A stretch of DNA of 64,000 nt from Chryseolinea sp. (GTDB taxonomy: Bacteria > Bacteroidota > Bacteroidia > Cytophagales > Cyclobacteriaceae). Position 1 is the stretch's first letter, and each line of letters begins with the position of its first letter. The stretch is from the NCBI GenBank assembly GCA_041747735.1, contig JBGTEP010000106.1:2980-66979 (forward strand). The letters run 5' to 3'. This document shows positions 1 through 10,028 of the stretch, one piece after another. The notes beneath the pieces are model-generated. The model made no database searches, was not told the origin of the DNA, and was given only the letters and a program-made list of their open reading frames with translations. A program made the translations under genes and the position numbers.

Positions 1-1
1 G

Positions 2-460
2 GCAAGTGATCGCACCGTTACAATCGATTTTAATGGAAACAAAATGACTGCCCCTGTGGAAAACCAAATAGGTCTGCAATGGGTAGGTGACGATTTGTAT
101 CGGATGTCAAAGGATAAGTCCCCGCTCGAAAATTTTCATGGTTTCTATCGAAATGCCTCACAGGAAGAAATCGATAAAGCCATGGCCGTTGCTAACGCAC
201 AAGTAAAAAAGATGGAAGGCGTAACCGAGGAACAGGCAAATGCTGCAACCGACGTAGCCAAAGGCATAAGTGCTAAAACACGATTCAAGCCGGTGGAGGG
301 AATAGGTGACGCGGCTTCGTGGGTTGTGCAAGATAATTACTTAGTCGTGCTGGCAGGCAATGTAACCTTTCAAGTGATTGCCGATATTGGTGGCGAAGAA
401 GCGGATAGAATTGACTTGGCAAAAAAGTTAGCGGCAGAAGTTTTGACGCGATGTAAGTGA
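2..460 (+). CDS. Hypothetical protein, 5' end cut by the window edge
   Basis: The frame of ORF 44..460 is open back to position 2 (ASDRTVTIDFNGNKM...), so the real start lies upstream. No family recognised. Confidence 0.7.
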   Translation, partial: ASDRTVTIDFNGNKMTAPVENQIGLQWVGDDLYRMSKDKSPLENFHGFYRNASQEEIDKAMAVANAQVKKMEGVTEEQANAATDVAKGISAKTRFKPVEGIGDAASWVVQDNYLVVLAGNVTFQVIADIGGEEADRIDLAKKLAAEVLTRCK

Positions 461-739
461 GTTGTAGCTCCGCGTTATTAATGCCTGTACATGAATAACA
501 GCTGTGATTCGTTTACAGGATGGTTAAATGTTCAATTATTTATCATTGCCGGCTTCAATTTTGAATCGAATCATGATTCAATTTGCTGGTAAATTTGTTT
601 GTACAATCGCGCGAAGGGTGTAGCCAAGCATATAGAGTAACAGAGGAAAAAGTAAGGCTGGTGTCATGGTTTAATTATTTTTATCTTTGCCGGCATAGTG
701 AAAACACATTCAATCACATCACTCATGCAGATAGGATAA

Positions 740-2629
740 ATGAAAAAGTTGTTTATTCTTTTAGGCATTATATGTTTCACACTACCCACTGTTGCGCAGG
801 AGCGGTATCTCGACCTTGGCTCTTTGATAGAAGAAATTGAATTAACCGGATATTCTGACCGCTTTGCGTATTTTTATGGAACGCGTACTGATAGCAGTAG
901 CCAACGTGAATGGCCCTTCATCCAACAACAGCGTTTTACATTTCCACCGCCAGGCCAAAACGTTTCATTTATTCATTTTCTTGACAACCAAACACCTAAC
1001 TGGCATAAAATTAATATCTTACCCTACAACGGAACTGAGACTTTCTATTGGCGACTCATCAATCTTCGCTTTGGTGATGTGACGATTTACGAACCGCAAC
1101 CGGATTTTACTTTTGCAGAAATCAATCTTAGCGCCCGGGAATCGTTTGGTGAAAACACAAGTGTCGCTGGTGGAATAACCAAATCTATTCGTACATCAAC
1201 TGCTGATACGCTTACGTATTATTTTAAAACCTCATCGGAGACGAGAAATAAACAGATCATGGCGATTACAATTCCGCTACACAACGTTAGGCATACCTTG
1301 TTAAGAGACTTACCAAGATCTTTTTTACTGGGAATCGTTTTTGGTATGGTGATTTATAATCTGCTTTTGTTTTTTGCACTACGCGATAGGGCTTATGCAT
1401 GGTATGTTGGGTATGTTTTCTTTTACTTCGTTGCCTTGCTCAATTGGTATACTTTCGACTATCAATATTTAGCCCCAGCGTTTGGCTGGTGGAGTGTGCG
1501 GGGATTTTATATATGCCTTTCACTTTCTTTAGTGTGTATAATTGGATTTTCACAAATATTTTTGCAACTAAAATTACGTGTACCAACAACCTATTATCTT
1601 ACTGGCTTATTCCAACTTGGGTTGATATGCTATGCTCTTATGTTTGCTGTTTTTCCGTATTTCGAAAACAGGATTACTATTCTTCAACTTGGTCTTTTCA
1701 TCCCGTCTAGTTTACTCGTGGTTTGCACCGCTATTTTCATTTATAGGAGGTATCGCCAGAAACACGTAAAATATTATCTTATTGCTTTTCTGCCACTCAC
1801 CTTATTTGTTGCGATCCATTCTTTTCATCAACAATTTACAGGCAAACTATTTTATGTAGGAACATTAACGTTAATGGATATTGGGCTTGCCTCAGAAACG
1901 GTAATCATGTCGTTGGTATTGGCATTTCGATTTAATTTATTAAAAGAAGAAGCGGAGAAGGTACACAGTGAAAACGAGCGCATCATTGTGGAGAAAGGTG
2001 AAGAACTTACCAACACCATAATCGAAACACAAGAGAAGGAACGAAAACGCATTTCACAGGATTTACATGATGAGTTAGGTGCCACGCTTTCGACCATAAA
2101 ATTGCATATTAGTCAGTGGCATGAAAAACCCAACAGTAGTAATCAGATTTCAATCTTGCTGGATGCAGGTATTGGACAACTAAGAAGTATTTTGTTGAAC
2201 CTTAATCCGCAAACATTGGAAGAAGATGGATATGGTGAAGCGATGAAAGAATTGGCATTTCGTATTTCCCAAAGTGGGTTGTGTGAAACAAATTTCTTTG
2301 ACGTCAACGCAAGCCAATATCTCACCCGAAAAGAAAGTTCTGCGCTTTATCGTATTTCGCAGGAATTGATTAATAATACCTTGAAGTATGCAGGAGCTTC
2401 TTGTATCAACATACAATTAATTTGTGAACCCGACTTAAAGTTTACCTTTACATATGAGGATAATGGAAGAGGTATCGACAAAAATATTGTGCAAGGATAT
2501 GGGTTAAAAAACGTCCAGGCACGGGTTGAACTTTTACACGGATCATTTGAAATTGATACGTTGCCTGGTCAAGGTGTATTCGTTACAATTTCGTTTAAAG
2601 GAAAATTGCCTTCACCTGTTTATACTTAA
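740..2629 (+). CDS. 7TM-DISM membrane sensor histidine kinase (HisKA_3 + HATPase_c)
   Basis: Signal peptide, extracellular domain, about 7 hydrophobic helices, H-box ISQDLHDELG, N-box QELINNTLKYA, YEDNGRG and GYGLKN. Confidence 0.9.
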   Translation: MKKLFILLGIICFTLPTVAQERYLDLGSLIEEIELTGYSDRFAYFYGTRTDSSSQREWPFIQQQRFTFPPPGQNVSFIHFLDNQTPNWHKINILPYNGTETFYWRLINLRFGDVTIYEPQPDFTFAEINLSARESFGENTSVAGGITKSIRTSTADTLTYYFKTSSETRNKQIMAITIPLHNVRHTLLRDLPRSFLLGIVFGMVIYNLLLFFALRDRAYAWYVGYVFFYFVALLNWYTFDYQYLAPAFGWWSVRGFYICLSLSLVCIIGFSQIFLQLKLRVPTTYYLTGLFQLGLICYALMFAVFPYFENRITILQLGLFIPSSLLVVCTAIFIYRRYRQKHVKYYLIAFLPLTLFVAIHSFHQQFTGKLFYVGTLTLMDIGLASETVIMSLVLAFRFNLLKEEAEKVHSENERIIVEKGEELTNTIIETQEKERKRISQDLHDELGATLSTIKLHISQWHEKPNSSNQISILLDAGIGQLRSILLNLNPQTLEEDGYGEAMKELAFRISQSGLCETNFFDVNASQYLTRKESSALYRISQELINNTLKYAGASCINIQLICEPDLKFTFTYEDNGRGIDKNIVQGYGLKNVQARVELLHGSFEIDTLPGQGVFVTISFKGKLPSPVYT

Positions 2630-2655
2630 ACGCATCACAACCCCAACCCAGGAAT

Positions 2656-3294
2656 ATGCAGGAAAAATTGAAAATTCTACTGGCTGATGACCATCGCATG
2701 TTTATAGATGGAGTTAATTTACTCTTAATGGCTAACGCACAATATGACGTGGTATGCCTGTGCGCAAATGGAAGGGAAGCCGTATCTTTTGCCGAAGTCA
2801 ACCCGGTAGACGTGGCGCTCTTGGATGTGAACATGCCGGACATGGACGGTGCAGAGACAACAAAGGCTTTAAAGCAATTGCAACCGAATATAAAAGTGAT
2901 TATAATCACAATGCATCGAGAAATAGGTATAATCCGAAAAATGATGCGTGCGGGTGCAGATAGTTATTTATTAAAGGAGACTTCTGCTCATGAATTGTAT
3001 GCTGCCATTAACAAAGTAGTAGAAAATGAGCAATATTTAAGTCCGCTAATATCAGAAGCGGTGATCCAGGCACTTAAGGCTAATGGAAATGAAAACATAA
3101 CAAAGTTGACACTTAGAGAAACAGAAGTTCTCAAGCTGATATCAAACGGTTCCACTACATCAGAGATCGCTGTTCACATAGGCTTGAGCGTTAATACTAT
3201 TGAAACACACCGTAGAAACATGCTGTCGAAGCTTGGCTTGAAAAATACCGCGCAACTGGTTAGATACTCCGTAGAGCAAGGATTACTTGAATAA
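2656..3294 (+). CDS. NarL/LuxR-family response regulator
   Basis: ILLADDH, ALLDVNMPDMDG receiver; C-terminal LTLRETEVLKLI...TIETHRRNMLSKLG LuxR HTH. Confidence 0.95.
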   Translation: MQEKLKILLADDHRMFIDGVNLLLMANAQYDVVCLCANGREAVSFAEVNPVDVALLDVNMPDMDGAETTKALKQLQPNIKVIIITMHREIGIIRKMMRAGADSYLLKETSAHELYAAINKVVENEQYLSPLISEAVIQALKANGNENITKLTLRETEVLKLISNGSTTSEIAVHIGLSVNTIETHRRNMLSKLGLKNTAQLVRYSVEQGLLE

Positions 3295-3464
3295 AGTTAA
3301 ACTCGATCTAAACGAAAAGAATTTCAAGTAGGACCAAGCGGGAAATTTTGCGGCGTTTAGCTCTTTATCATGCGGAAAGCGTTGGAGATAGCGAATGCTT
3401 AGACCAGGGAAATTTAAAGAGGAATATCGACACATTAGCAGGCACCCTAATATGATACCAATGG

Positions 3465-3611
3465 CTCCAAGTTGCCATCGAATTTTCTATCGTACACCCT
3501 ACTGGTGGGTCGCCTTTCCAATACTGCTTCCAATCCCTCCTCCACAAACCGTTTCTTGACTCTATCTATTGTCCGCATACCAACTTTAAGCACTTTACTT
3601 ATTTGCTCGTT
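3465..3611 (-). mobile_element. IS630-family transposase N-terminal HTH remnant
   Basis: Minus strand reads NEQISKVLKVGMRTIDRVKKRFVEEGLEAVLERRPTSRVYDRKFDGNLE and then diverges and stops. No start codon and no DDE domain. Confidence 0.75.
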
Positions 3612-4463
3612 AGGGCTACAGGCAAACTACGCAAGACACGACGCTTGTCGGCATTGAAATCATACCTTGGCTAGTAAACTTCTTTGCCGCCGGAAGTGTC
3701 AGTCAGTGGGTCAGTCGATGAAGATGTTCGATCCACTGGCGCAATGACAAAATTAAAGAAATGAAGAATTGGCGTTTAGGAATCAACACGCGGATTAGCT
3801 CTGATAATTTGTACGATGAATATTGAGGTGTTAGGAATCGCGAGGAGATTTTCTTTATGTTTTAGTTGAACTCATTTTAATAGCTACGCACTCCAGGTAC
3901 TCACGCGAGATGGCACTATGATCAATGTTGCCCATGGTAAAATTATTATTCTATAAAATAAACAAACTAAAGTTCAAGTTCGGAAGTGGTGTCGTCTACG
4001 GAAGTGACGTTGAAAAAGGCGAAAATGATCTTGGAAACAAAAGAGATGACACATCACAATCCTTTCGTCTTGTTTCGACGACAGTGCATTTAAGTTTGAA
4101 TTATTTTTTCGGACAACGCGTGTATTTCAAGTTGAGCTATCAAAACTGATTTGAGTTTTTTTATTGAAGGCCCGCCATACTATTCAATTTCCAAAAGCCG
4201 GAGAACATGTCAGTTGTGTTTATAATTCTTGTCAATTTGGCTGATTAGGCCATAAAAAATGGGAACTCAGTTCAAAATTTGGTAAATTAGTAATTCAGGA
4301 ATTTTATATCTCCGTAGCAAGCCTTCAGTCTATTTCGGGGAATATCTGTTCAGATCTTTGAGTGCACTCAAGGTCCGCGTTATCGGGCTTTTCCAAGGCC
4401 GTCAAGCGAAGCAGTAATTTCATGGTTCATTTCGATCGGTGATGGCACGATCATTTTATCCAA

Positions 4464-4493
4464 TTAACTAATTATTACTTAACTAATTATTAC
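4464..4493 (+). repeat. Perfect 15-bp tandem duplication (TTAACTAATTATTAC)x2 just upstream of the gabT ATG
   Basis: Read directly: 4464-4478 and 4479-4493. Confidence 0.9.
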
Positions 4494-4495
4494 GA

Positions 4496-5833
4496 ATGGC
4501 TAAAACAACTACTCTGGATCGGCATCTATTATCATTTGAAAAAACTCAGCAACTCTTAGAAAGAAGGAGAGCAGTAGTAGCAAATGGCGTCAGCGTATTC
4601 GTTCCCTCGTCGGCGATGGAATCCAATGGGAGTACGATCATTGATGCGGATGGGAATCACCTGATTGATTTTGGCGGTGGGATTGGTGTGCTTAATGCCG
4701 GTCATTGTCCACCGACGGTTGTGGAAGCAATCCAAAGACAAGCCGGAAAACTTATTCATGCCTGTTTCAACATCTCAACATACATACCTTACCTGGAGCT
4801 ATGTGAAAAGTTGGTTGACCTATTTCCACATGGAGAGCAAACGAAAGCGATGTTAACCAATACAGGAGCGGAATCGGTCGAGAATGCAATAAAAATTGCA
4901 AGACAATCCACGAAGAGATCTGCGATACTTTGCTTCAGCGATGCATTTCATGGGCGCACCATGATGGCGATGACGCTAACCTCGAAAGTAGCTTACAAAA
5001 CAGACTGTGGGCCATTTGCTCCCGAAGTATACCGGCTTCCATTTCCGAATTATTATCACGATGGAAGTGGAATGTCCCAGGATGATTTTGCAGAGAAGGA
5101 ATTGAATAAACTATATGATTCAACGCATACACATGTTGATCCAAATTCAGTTGCCGCCATTATAATTGAGCTTGTTCAGGGTGAAGGAGGTTTCAACATC
5201 GCACCAAAAAGATACGTAGAGGGTCTTCGCAAATTCTGCGATGAATTCGGCATCATGTTGATTTTTGATGAAGTACAGACTGGTTTCTGCCGAACGGGAA
5301 GGTGGGCATCGTATCAGCACTATGGCGTCACCCCGGATATTTCCACGTGGGCGAAATCAATGGGTTCGGGAATGCCCATTGGTGCCGTGATCGGAAAGTC
5401 GGAAGTTATGGATGCCGCAGCCGTTGGGACCATAGGTGGAACCTATCCGGGAAATCCGGTTTGTTGTGCAGCGGCAATAGCCACGCTTAATTATATGGAG
5501 AACATAGACCTGAACGACAAGGCACAGCATATAAGTAAAATTATACACGGCCGTTTCTTAGCCCTGAAAGAAAAATGTCCGGCTATAGGAGACGTGCGAG
5601 GGCTGGGAGCCATGCAGGCGATTGAATTTGTAAAAGATAACGATCCATCACAGCCCGATGCTGAGACAGCAGCCCAGCTAGCCCGGGCGTGCCTGAGGCG
5701 CGGGTTGATTTTATTGAGCGCCGGAACAAACAAAAACGTTATTCGCGTGCTTAGCCCGCTGGTTATTTCAGAGGCATTGCTGAACGAAGGACTAAATATT
5801 ATTGAAGAGGAACTATTAAAACTAACTAACTAA
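4496..5833 (+). CDS. gabT: 4-aminobutyrate aminotransferase-like class III PLP aminotransferase
   Basis: DFGGGIGVLNAGH, TGAESVENA, FHGRT, QGEGG, FDEVQTGF, AKS (PLP Lys), GGTYPGNP. Confidence 0.85.
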   Translation: MAKTTTLDRHLLSFEKTQQLLERRRAVVANGVSVFVPSSAMESNGSTIIDADGNHLIDFGGGIGVLNAGHCPPTVVEAIQRQAGKLIHACFNISTYIPYLELCEKLVDLFPHGEQTKAMLTNTGAESVENAIKIARQSTKRSAILCFSDAFHGRTMMAMTLTSKVAYKTDCGPFAPEVYRLPFPNYYHDGSGMSQDDFAEKELNKLYDSTHTHVDPNSVAAIIIELVQGEGGFNIAPKRYVEGLRKFCDEFGIMLIFDEVQTGFCRTGRWASYQHYGVTPDISTWAKSMGSGMPIGAVIGKSEVMDAAAVGTIGGTYPGNPVCCAAAIATLNYMENIDLNDKAQHISKIIHGRFLALKEKCPAIGDVRGLGAMQAIEFVKDNDPSQPDAETAAQLARACLRRGLILLSAGTNKNVIRVLSPLVISEALLNEGLNIIEEELLKLTN

Positions 5834-5835
5834 GT

Positions 5836-6765
5836 ATGACGCCATTCTCCATAGCCGGAATTCAAATGCATGTTTCAGCAAGCCACACCAATGTACAGGT
5901 GATGAAACACAAAATCGACGTCATCATGTCCGTGTACCCTTGGGTTCAAATGGTCATGTTCAGTGAGCTTTGCCCCTTCGGCCCGCTAACATTTAACGCG
6001 CAGGAATTCCCGAATCAAACTGAAACCGACTTCTGTTTAATCGCGAAGCATTACGGGATCTGGCTTATCCCCGGAACAATGTTCCAGAAAAAGGAACAGG
6101 CTATCTATAACACTGCCACTGTCATTAATCCACAAGGGGAAATTGTTGGCAGGTATAACAAAATGTTTCCATTCTATCCCTATGAGGTAGGAGTTGCGGG
6201 CGGTGATGAATTTCTGATTTTCGACGTTCCGAAAGTCGGCAGGTTCGGGATTACGATCTGCTACGACATGTGGTTTCCTGAAACATCAAGGACACTTGCC
6301 GTGAACGGTGTGGAAGTTATTCTCCATCCCACACTTACCGCAACTATTGATCGGGACATTGAACTTGCATTGGTTCAGGCAACGGCCGCCACCAATCAAT
6401 GTTTCATTTTCGACATAAATGGATTGGGTGATGGTGGCACAGGCAGATCAATCGTGTGTGGACCAGATGGAAGAGTGCTGCACCAGGCCAGTACGGGTGA
6501 AGAACTGATTCCTATTGAAATTGATATGGAGCGCGTGCGACGCAGCCGCGAAATGGGTGTGCTGAGGTTGGGACAACCACTAAAAAGCTTTCGTGAAAGA
6601 AAAGTTCGGTTTGACATCTATCAGGATGATGCTCAAATACCATACCTCCATACGCTGGGAAAACTGAACAAGCCAACTCGCTTCGAGCAGATGAAAGAGG
6701 CACTGCAGTACAACGAACCTCCGTCACTTTCTTCAACACAGTCAAATAAATTTAAAAACAGTTGA
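5836..6765 (+). CDS. Carbon-nitrogen hydrolase (nitrilase superfamily amidase)
   Basis: E-K-C triad motifs FSE, YNKMFP, ICYDMWFPE. Confidence 0.9.
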   Translation: MTPFSIAGIQMHVSASHTNVQVMKHKIDVIMSVYPWVQMVMFSELCPFGPLTFNAQEFPNQTETDFCLIAKHYGIWLIPGTMFQKKEQAIYNTATVINPQGEIVGRYNKMFPFYPYEVGVAGGDEFLIFDVPKVGRFGITICYDMWFPETSRTLAVNGVEVILHPTLTATIDRDIELALVQATAATNQCFIFDINGLGDGGTGRSIVCGPDGRVLHQASTGEELIPIEIDMERVRRSREMGVLRLGQPLKSFRERKVRFDIYQDDAQIPYLHTLGKLNKPTRFEQMKEALQYNEPPSLSSTQSNKFKNS

Positions 6766-6782
6766 ATCTAACCGGTTGAAAA

Positions 6783-7193
6783 ATGAAAACATTAGTAAAA
6801 CACGTGAGCAAAGAAAAGTCATTAAACTTGAAACACTATGTTAATTGGTTTGAGCTACCTGCCTACAATTTTGAACGGGCTGTATCCTTTTACAATGCTA
6901 TCTACAGCATTAAGATGGAGACAACGGAAACAAACGGATATACTATGGGATTTTTTCCAGCGAAAGGCGGAATCGGTGGAGCGGTAGTTCAGGGAGAAGG
7001 ATGCGCGCCCAGCACAACCGGTCCATTAATTTATCTTAATGGAGGCAAGGATCTGAATGTTGTGCTCTCGAGGATCGAGGCCGCAGGTGGACGAGTCATT
7101 TTGCCAAAAACATTAATAAACGAGGCCGTTGGTCATTTTGCGCTTTTTATGGATACTGAGGGAAATCGGCTTGCCTTGCACTCAAAGAACTAG
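6783..7193 (+). CDS. VOC/glyoxalase family protein
   Basis: VNWFELPA...RAVSFY...GGRVILPKT...FMDTEGNRLALHS. Confidence 0.9.
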   Translation: MKTLVKHVSKEKSLNLKHYVNWFELPAYNFERAVSFYNAIYSIKMETTETNGYTMGFFPAKGGIGGAVVQGEGCAPSTTGPLIYLNGGKDLNVVLSRIEAAGGRVILPKTLINEAVGHFALFMDTEGNRLALHSKN

Positions 7194-7221
7194 AAGACCA
7201 TTCGGCCAATGACAATAAACA

Positions 7222-10026
7222 ATGCGGACAAAAAATAACGTTATGGACGGTACTCAACTAAAGGGACTCTATTATAATATCGCTCAGTTTCGTACGGAAA
7301 TTTGGGCTAACCTTAAATTAAAGGCTTACTCGCTTGCTAAGAATAAGAACAAACAAGAGCAAGAAGTGGAGAAAGCAGAGATACTGACGTTAATTAAGGA
7401 CATGCGGGAGGTTGAGCAATACTATGCATTTCCCGGAAATGAGATTTTGGAAACACTTAAAGGATTCATCAAACATGATGAATTTCAGATTCTTCGTAAT
7501 TCAATTACAGAGATTTTAAGATTGCTTGTGAGCGAGGGTTACCGGCAGGATCCTGAGACTCTTTCATTTTCATCCTTTCTAAAGAGGAAAGAAGGTAAAG
7601 GAACCCAAACACCAAAGTCAAGGAAAAGATATTTTGAGGTTTTATTTGTTGATAATCTTTCCGCCAATGATGAACAGCTAATCACCAGGAAGCCGCAGGA
7701 AGTGCGCGATCCCACGGAGCATTTTATTTATCAATTGGTGCATATTAAATCATATCAGGATTGCTTGATCGCATTGATCGCCAATCCTAACATACAAGCG
7801 TGTATCGTCCGAAGCGAAATTCCATTCAAGTCAAAAAACGCTAAAGATACTCTCGGCGCATTTACTTCGGATATCATAAATGACCAATACGAGGATCACC
7901 CCGAGTATGAGTTGGGTATTTTACTGGGCGACGCCATTCGAAAACTGCGTCCTGAAGTCGACATCTATTATGTCACAGACAAAGGAGTACAAAATGTGCA
8001 AGACAACTCATTGAAGAACTTCCAGCGGGTTTTTTACAGAAAAGAAGATTCACAAGAGCTGTATTTAAGTATCATAAGGGGAATTAAAGATCGCTACGAA
8101 ACTCCGTTTTATACGGCATTGAAAGAGTATAGCCAGAAACCAACGGGTGTCTTTCACGCAATGCCAATATCCCGTGGGAATTCAATTTTCAAATCCAATT
8201 GGATTGATGACTTCGGGGAATTTTACGGACGGAACTTGTTTCTCGCAGAAACTTCCTCAACAACTGGTGGCCTTGATTCATTGCTTCAACCTACCGGCCC
8301 TTTAAAGAAGGCCCAGGAACTGGCATCGAAAGCTTTTGGTTCCAGGCGCACTTACTTCGCAACGAATGGAACATCGACGTCTAACAAAATTGTATTGCAA
8401 GCATTGGTAGAACCGGAAGACGTGGTGCTGATAGATCGGGATTGCCATAAGTCACATCACTACGGCATGGTGCTTTCGGGTGCATACGTCACGTACCTGG
8501 ACTCGTATCCTTTACAAAAGTATTCCATGTATGGTGCTGTCCCGTTGGCCTCGATTAAGGAAAGACTGCTAGTGCTTAAGAAGGCCGGCCGGTTGGATCG
8601 GGTCAAAATGCTGCTGCTAACGAATTGTACATTTGACGGACTGGTTTATAACGTTGAACTCGTTATGGAAGAAGTGCTTGCCATAAAACCGGACATGATT
8701 TTTTTATGGGATGAAGCATGGTTTGCATTCGCTGCATTTGCACCAACCTATCGCAAGCGAACAGCAATGCACGTAGCCAATAAGCTGTTCAAAAAGTACA
8801 AGACTGAAGAATACAAGGAAGAGTACAAAAGACACCTCGCCGTCATTAAGAAAAAAGATACGGAGTCTTTACCATCGATGCCAGATCCGGACCTGGTGAA
8901 GATTAGGGTATACGCCACTCAGTCAACCCACAAGACGCTATCATCGCTTCGACAAGGTTCAATGATTCATATTTATGACGAAGAATTTGAGAGGAAGGCA
9001 GAAACTTCATTCCACGAAGCCTATATGACCCATACTTCGACTTCGGCAAACTATCAAATACTTGCATCTCTTGATATTGGAAGACGACAGGTTTCATTCG
9101 AGGGATATGAGCTTGTTGAAAAAAGTGTTGAGATGGCGATGATTTTGCGTGCAAAGATCAATGACCATCCAAAGCTGAAGAAGTATTTCAAGGTACTTAC
9201 CATCGCTGACTTAATCCCTGACCGACACCGTCAGTCAGGACTTTCAGAATATTATCGTCCGGGCTTTGGCTGGCAACGATTAGAAGAAGCATGGGACAAA
9301 GATGAGTTTGTTCTGGATCCGACTAAGATAAACCTTCATATCGGGAGAACAGGGATGGATGGAGATACCTTCAAGAACGAGTATCTGATGGACCAGTTCA
9401 ATATTCAGGTGAATAAGACCTCGCGCAATTCGGTGTTATTTATGACGAATATAGGGACCACAAGAAGTTCTGTGACCTATCTGATCAGCACTCTCCTAAA
9501 AATTTCCGAACAAATTGATGCTCGGTTTGATGCTCTCAACAATGAAGAGCACAGGATAATGCAGAACAAAATTTATTCACTAACGGAGGAAGCGCCGTCG
9601 CTGCCTGATTTCAGCTACTTCCATGATTCATTCCGTGCCGTAGCCGGCATTCCGGGTGGGCGAATGCGTGAGGCCTACTTCCTTGCCTACAAGGAAACAA
9701 AATGTGAATACGTCAAACTCTCCGAGTGTAATAAAATAATGCTGGAAGGAAGGATGCTTGTGAGTGCTGCATTTGTTATTCCATATCCGCCGGGCTTCCC
9801 GGTTCTTGTTCCAGGCCAGGTAATGACAAAAGAAATTCTTGATTTTCTTCAGGCACTTGATGTAAAAGAAATTCATGGTTACCGCCCGGATCTCGGCTTG
9901 CGCATTTTTACAGACGCCGCGCTCAACAGGCAGCAGTCGGGCTCAGGTTTAAGAGGTGCGACTGGAATGATGGGAGCACTCGGGAACGGTAACAGAAAGA
10001 GTAAAGTTGTTATCACCAAATCCTGA
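7222..10026 (+). CDS. Large fold-type-I PLP amino-acid decarboxylase (Orn/Lys/Arg decarboxylase class I, with N-terminal receiver-like wing)
   Basis: GGLDSLLQP, TNGTSTSNK, DRDCHKSHH, WDEAW, QSTHKT (PLP Lys), HTSTS, PYPPGFP; 934 aa. Confidence 0.9.
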   Translation: MRTKNNVMDGTQLKGLYYNIAQFRTEIWANLKLKAYSLAKNKNKQEQEVEKAEILTLIKDMREVEQYYAFPGNEILETLKGFIKHDEFQILRNSITEILRLLVSEGYRQDPETLSFSSFLKRKEGKGTQTPKSRKRYFEVLFVDNLSANDEQLITRKPQEVRDPTEHFIYQLVHIKSYQDCLIALIANPNIQACIVRSEIPFKSKNAKDTLGAFTSDIINDQYEDHPEYELGILLGDAIRKLRPEVDIYYVTDKGVQNVQDNSLKNFQRVFYRKEDSQELYLSIIRGIKDRYETPFYTALKEYSQKPTGVFHAMPISRGNSIFKSNWIDDFGEFYGRNLFLAETSSTTGGLDSLLQPTGPLKKAQELASKAFGSRRTYFATNGTSTSNKIVLQALVEPEDVVLIDRDCHKSHHYGMVLSGAYVTYLDSYPLQKYSMYGAVPLASIKERLLVLKKAGRLDRVKMLLLTNCTFDGLVYNVELVMEEVLAIKPDMIFLWDEAWFAFAAFAPTYRKRTAMHVANKLFKKYKTEEYKEEYKRHLAVIKKKDTESLPSMPDPDLVKIRVYATQSTHKTLSSLRQGSMIHIYDEEFERKAETSFHEAYMTHTSTSANYQILASLDIGRRQVSFEGYELVEKSVEMAMILRAKINDHPKLKKYFKVLTIADLIPDRHRQSGLSEYYRPGFGWQRLEEAWDKDEFVLDPTKINLHIGRTGMDGDTFKNEYLMDQFNIQVNKTSRNSVLFMTNIGTTRSSVTYLISTLLKISEQIDARFDALNNEEHRIMQNKIYSLTEEAPSLPDFSYFHDSFRAVAGIPGGRMREAYFLAYKETKCEYVKLSECNKIMLEGRMLVSAAFVIPYPPGFPVLVPGQVMTKEILDFLQALDVKEIHGYRPDLGLRIFTDAALNRQQSGSGLRGATGMMGALGNGNRKSKVVITKS

Positions 10027-10028
10027 AG

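Noticed and set aside
3925-4149. 74-aa ORF in the intergenic gap
   Set aside because: No family signal; may be a decayed fragment but cannot be supported.
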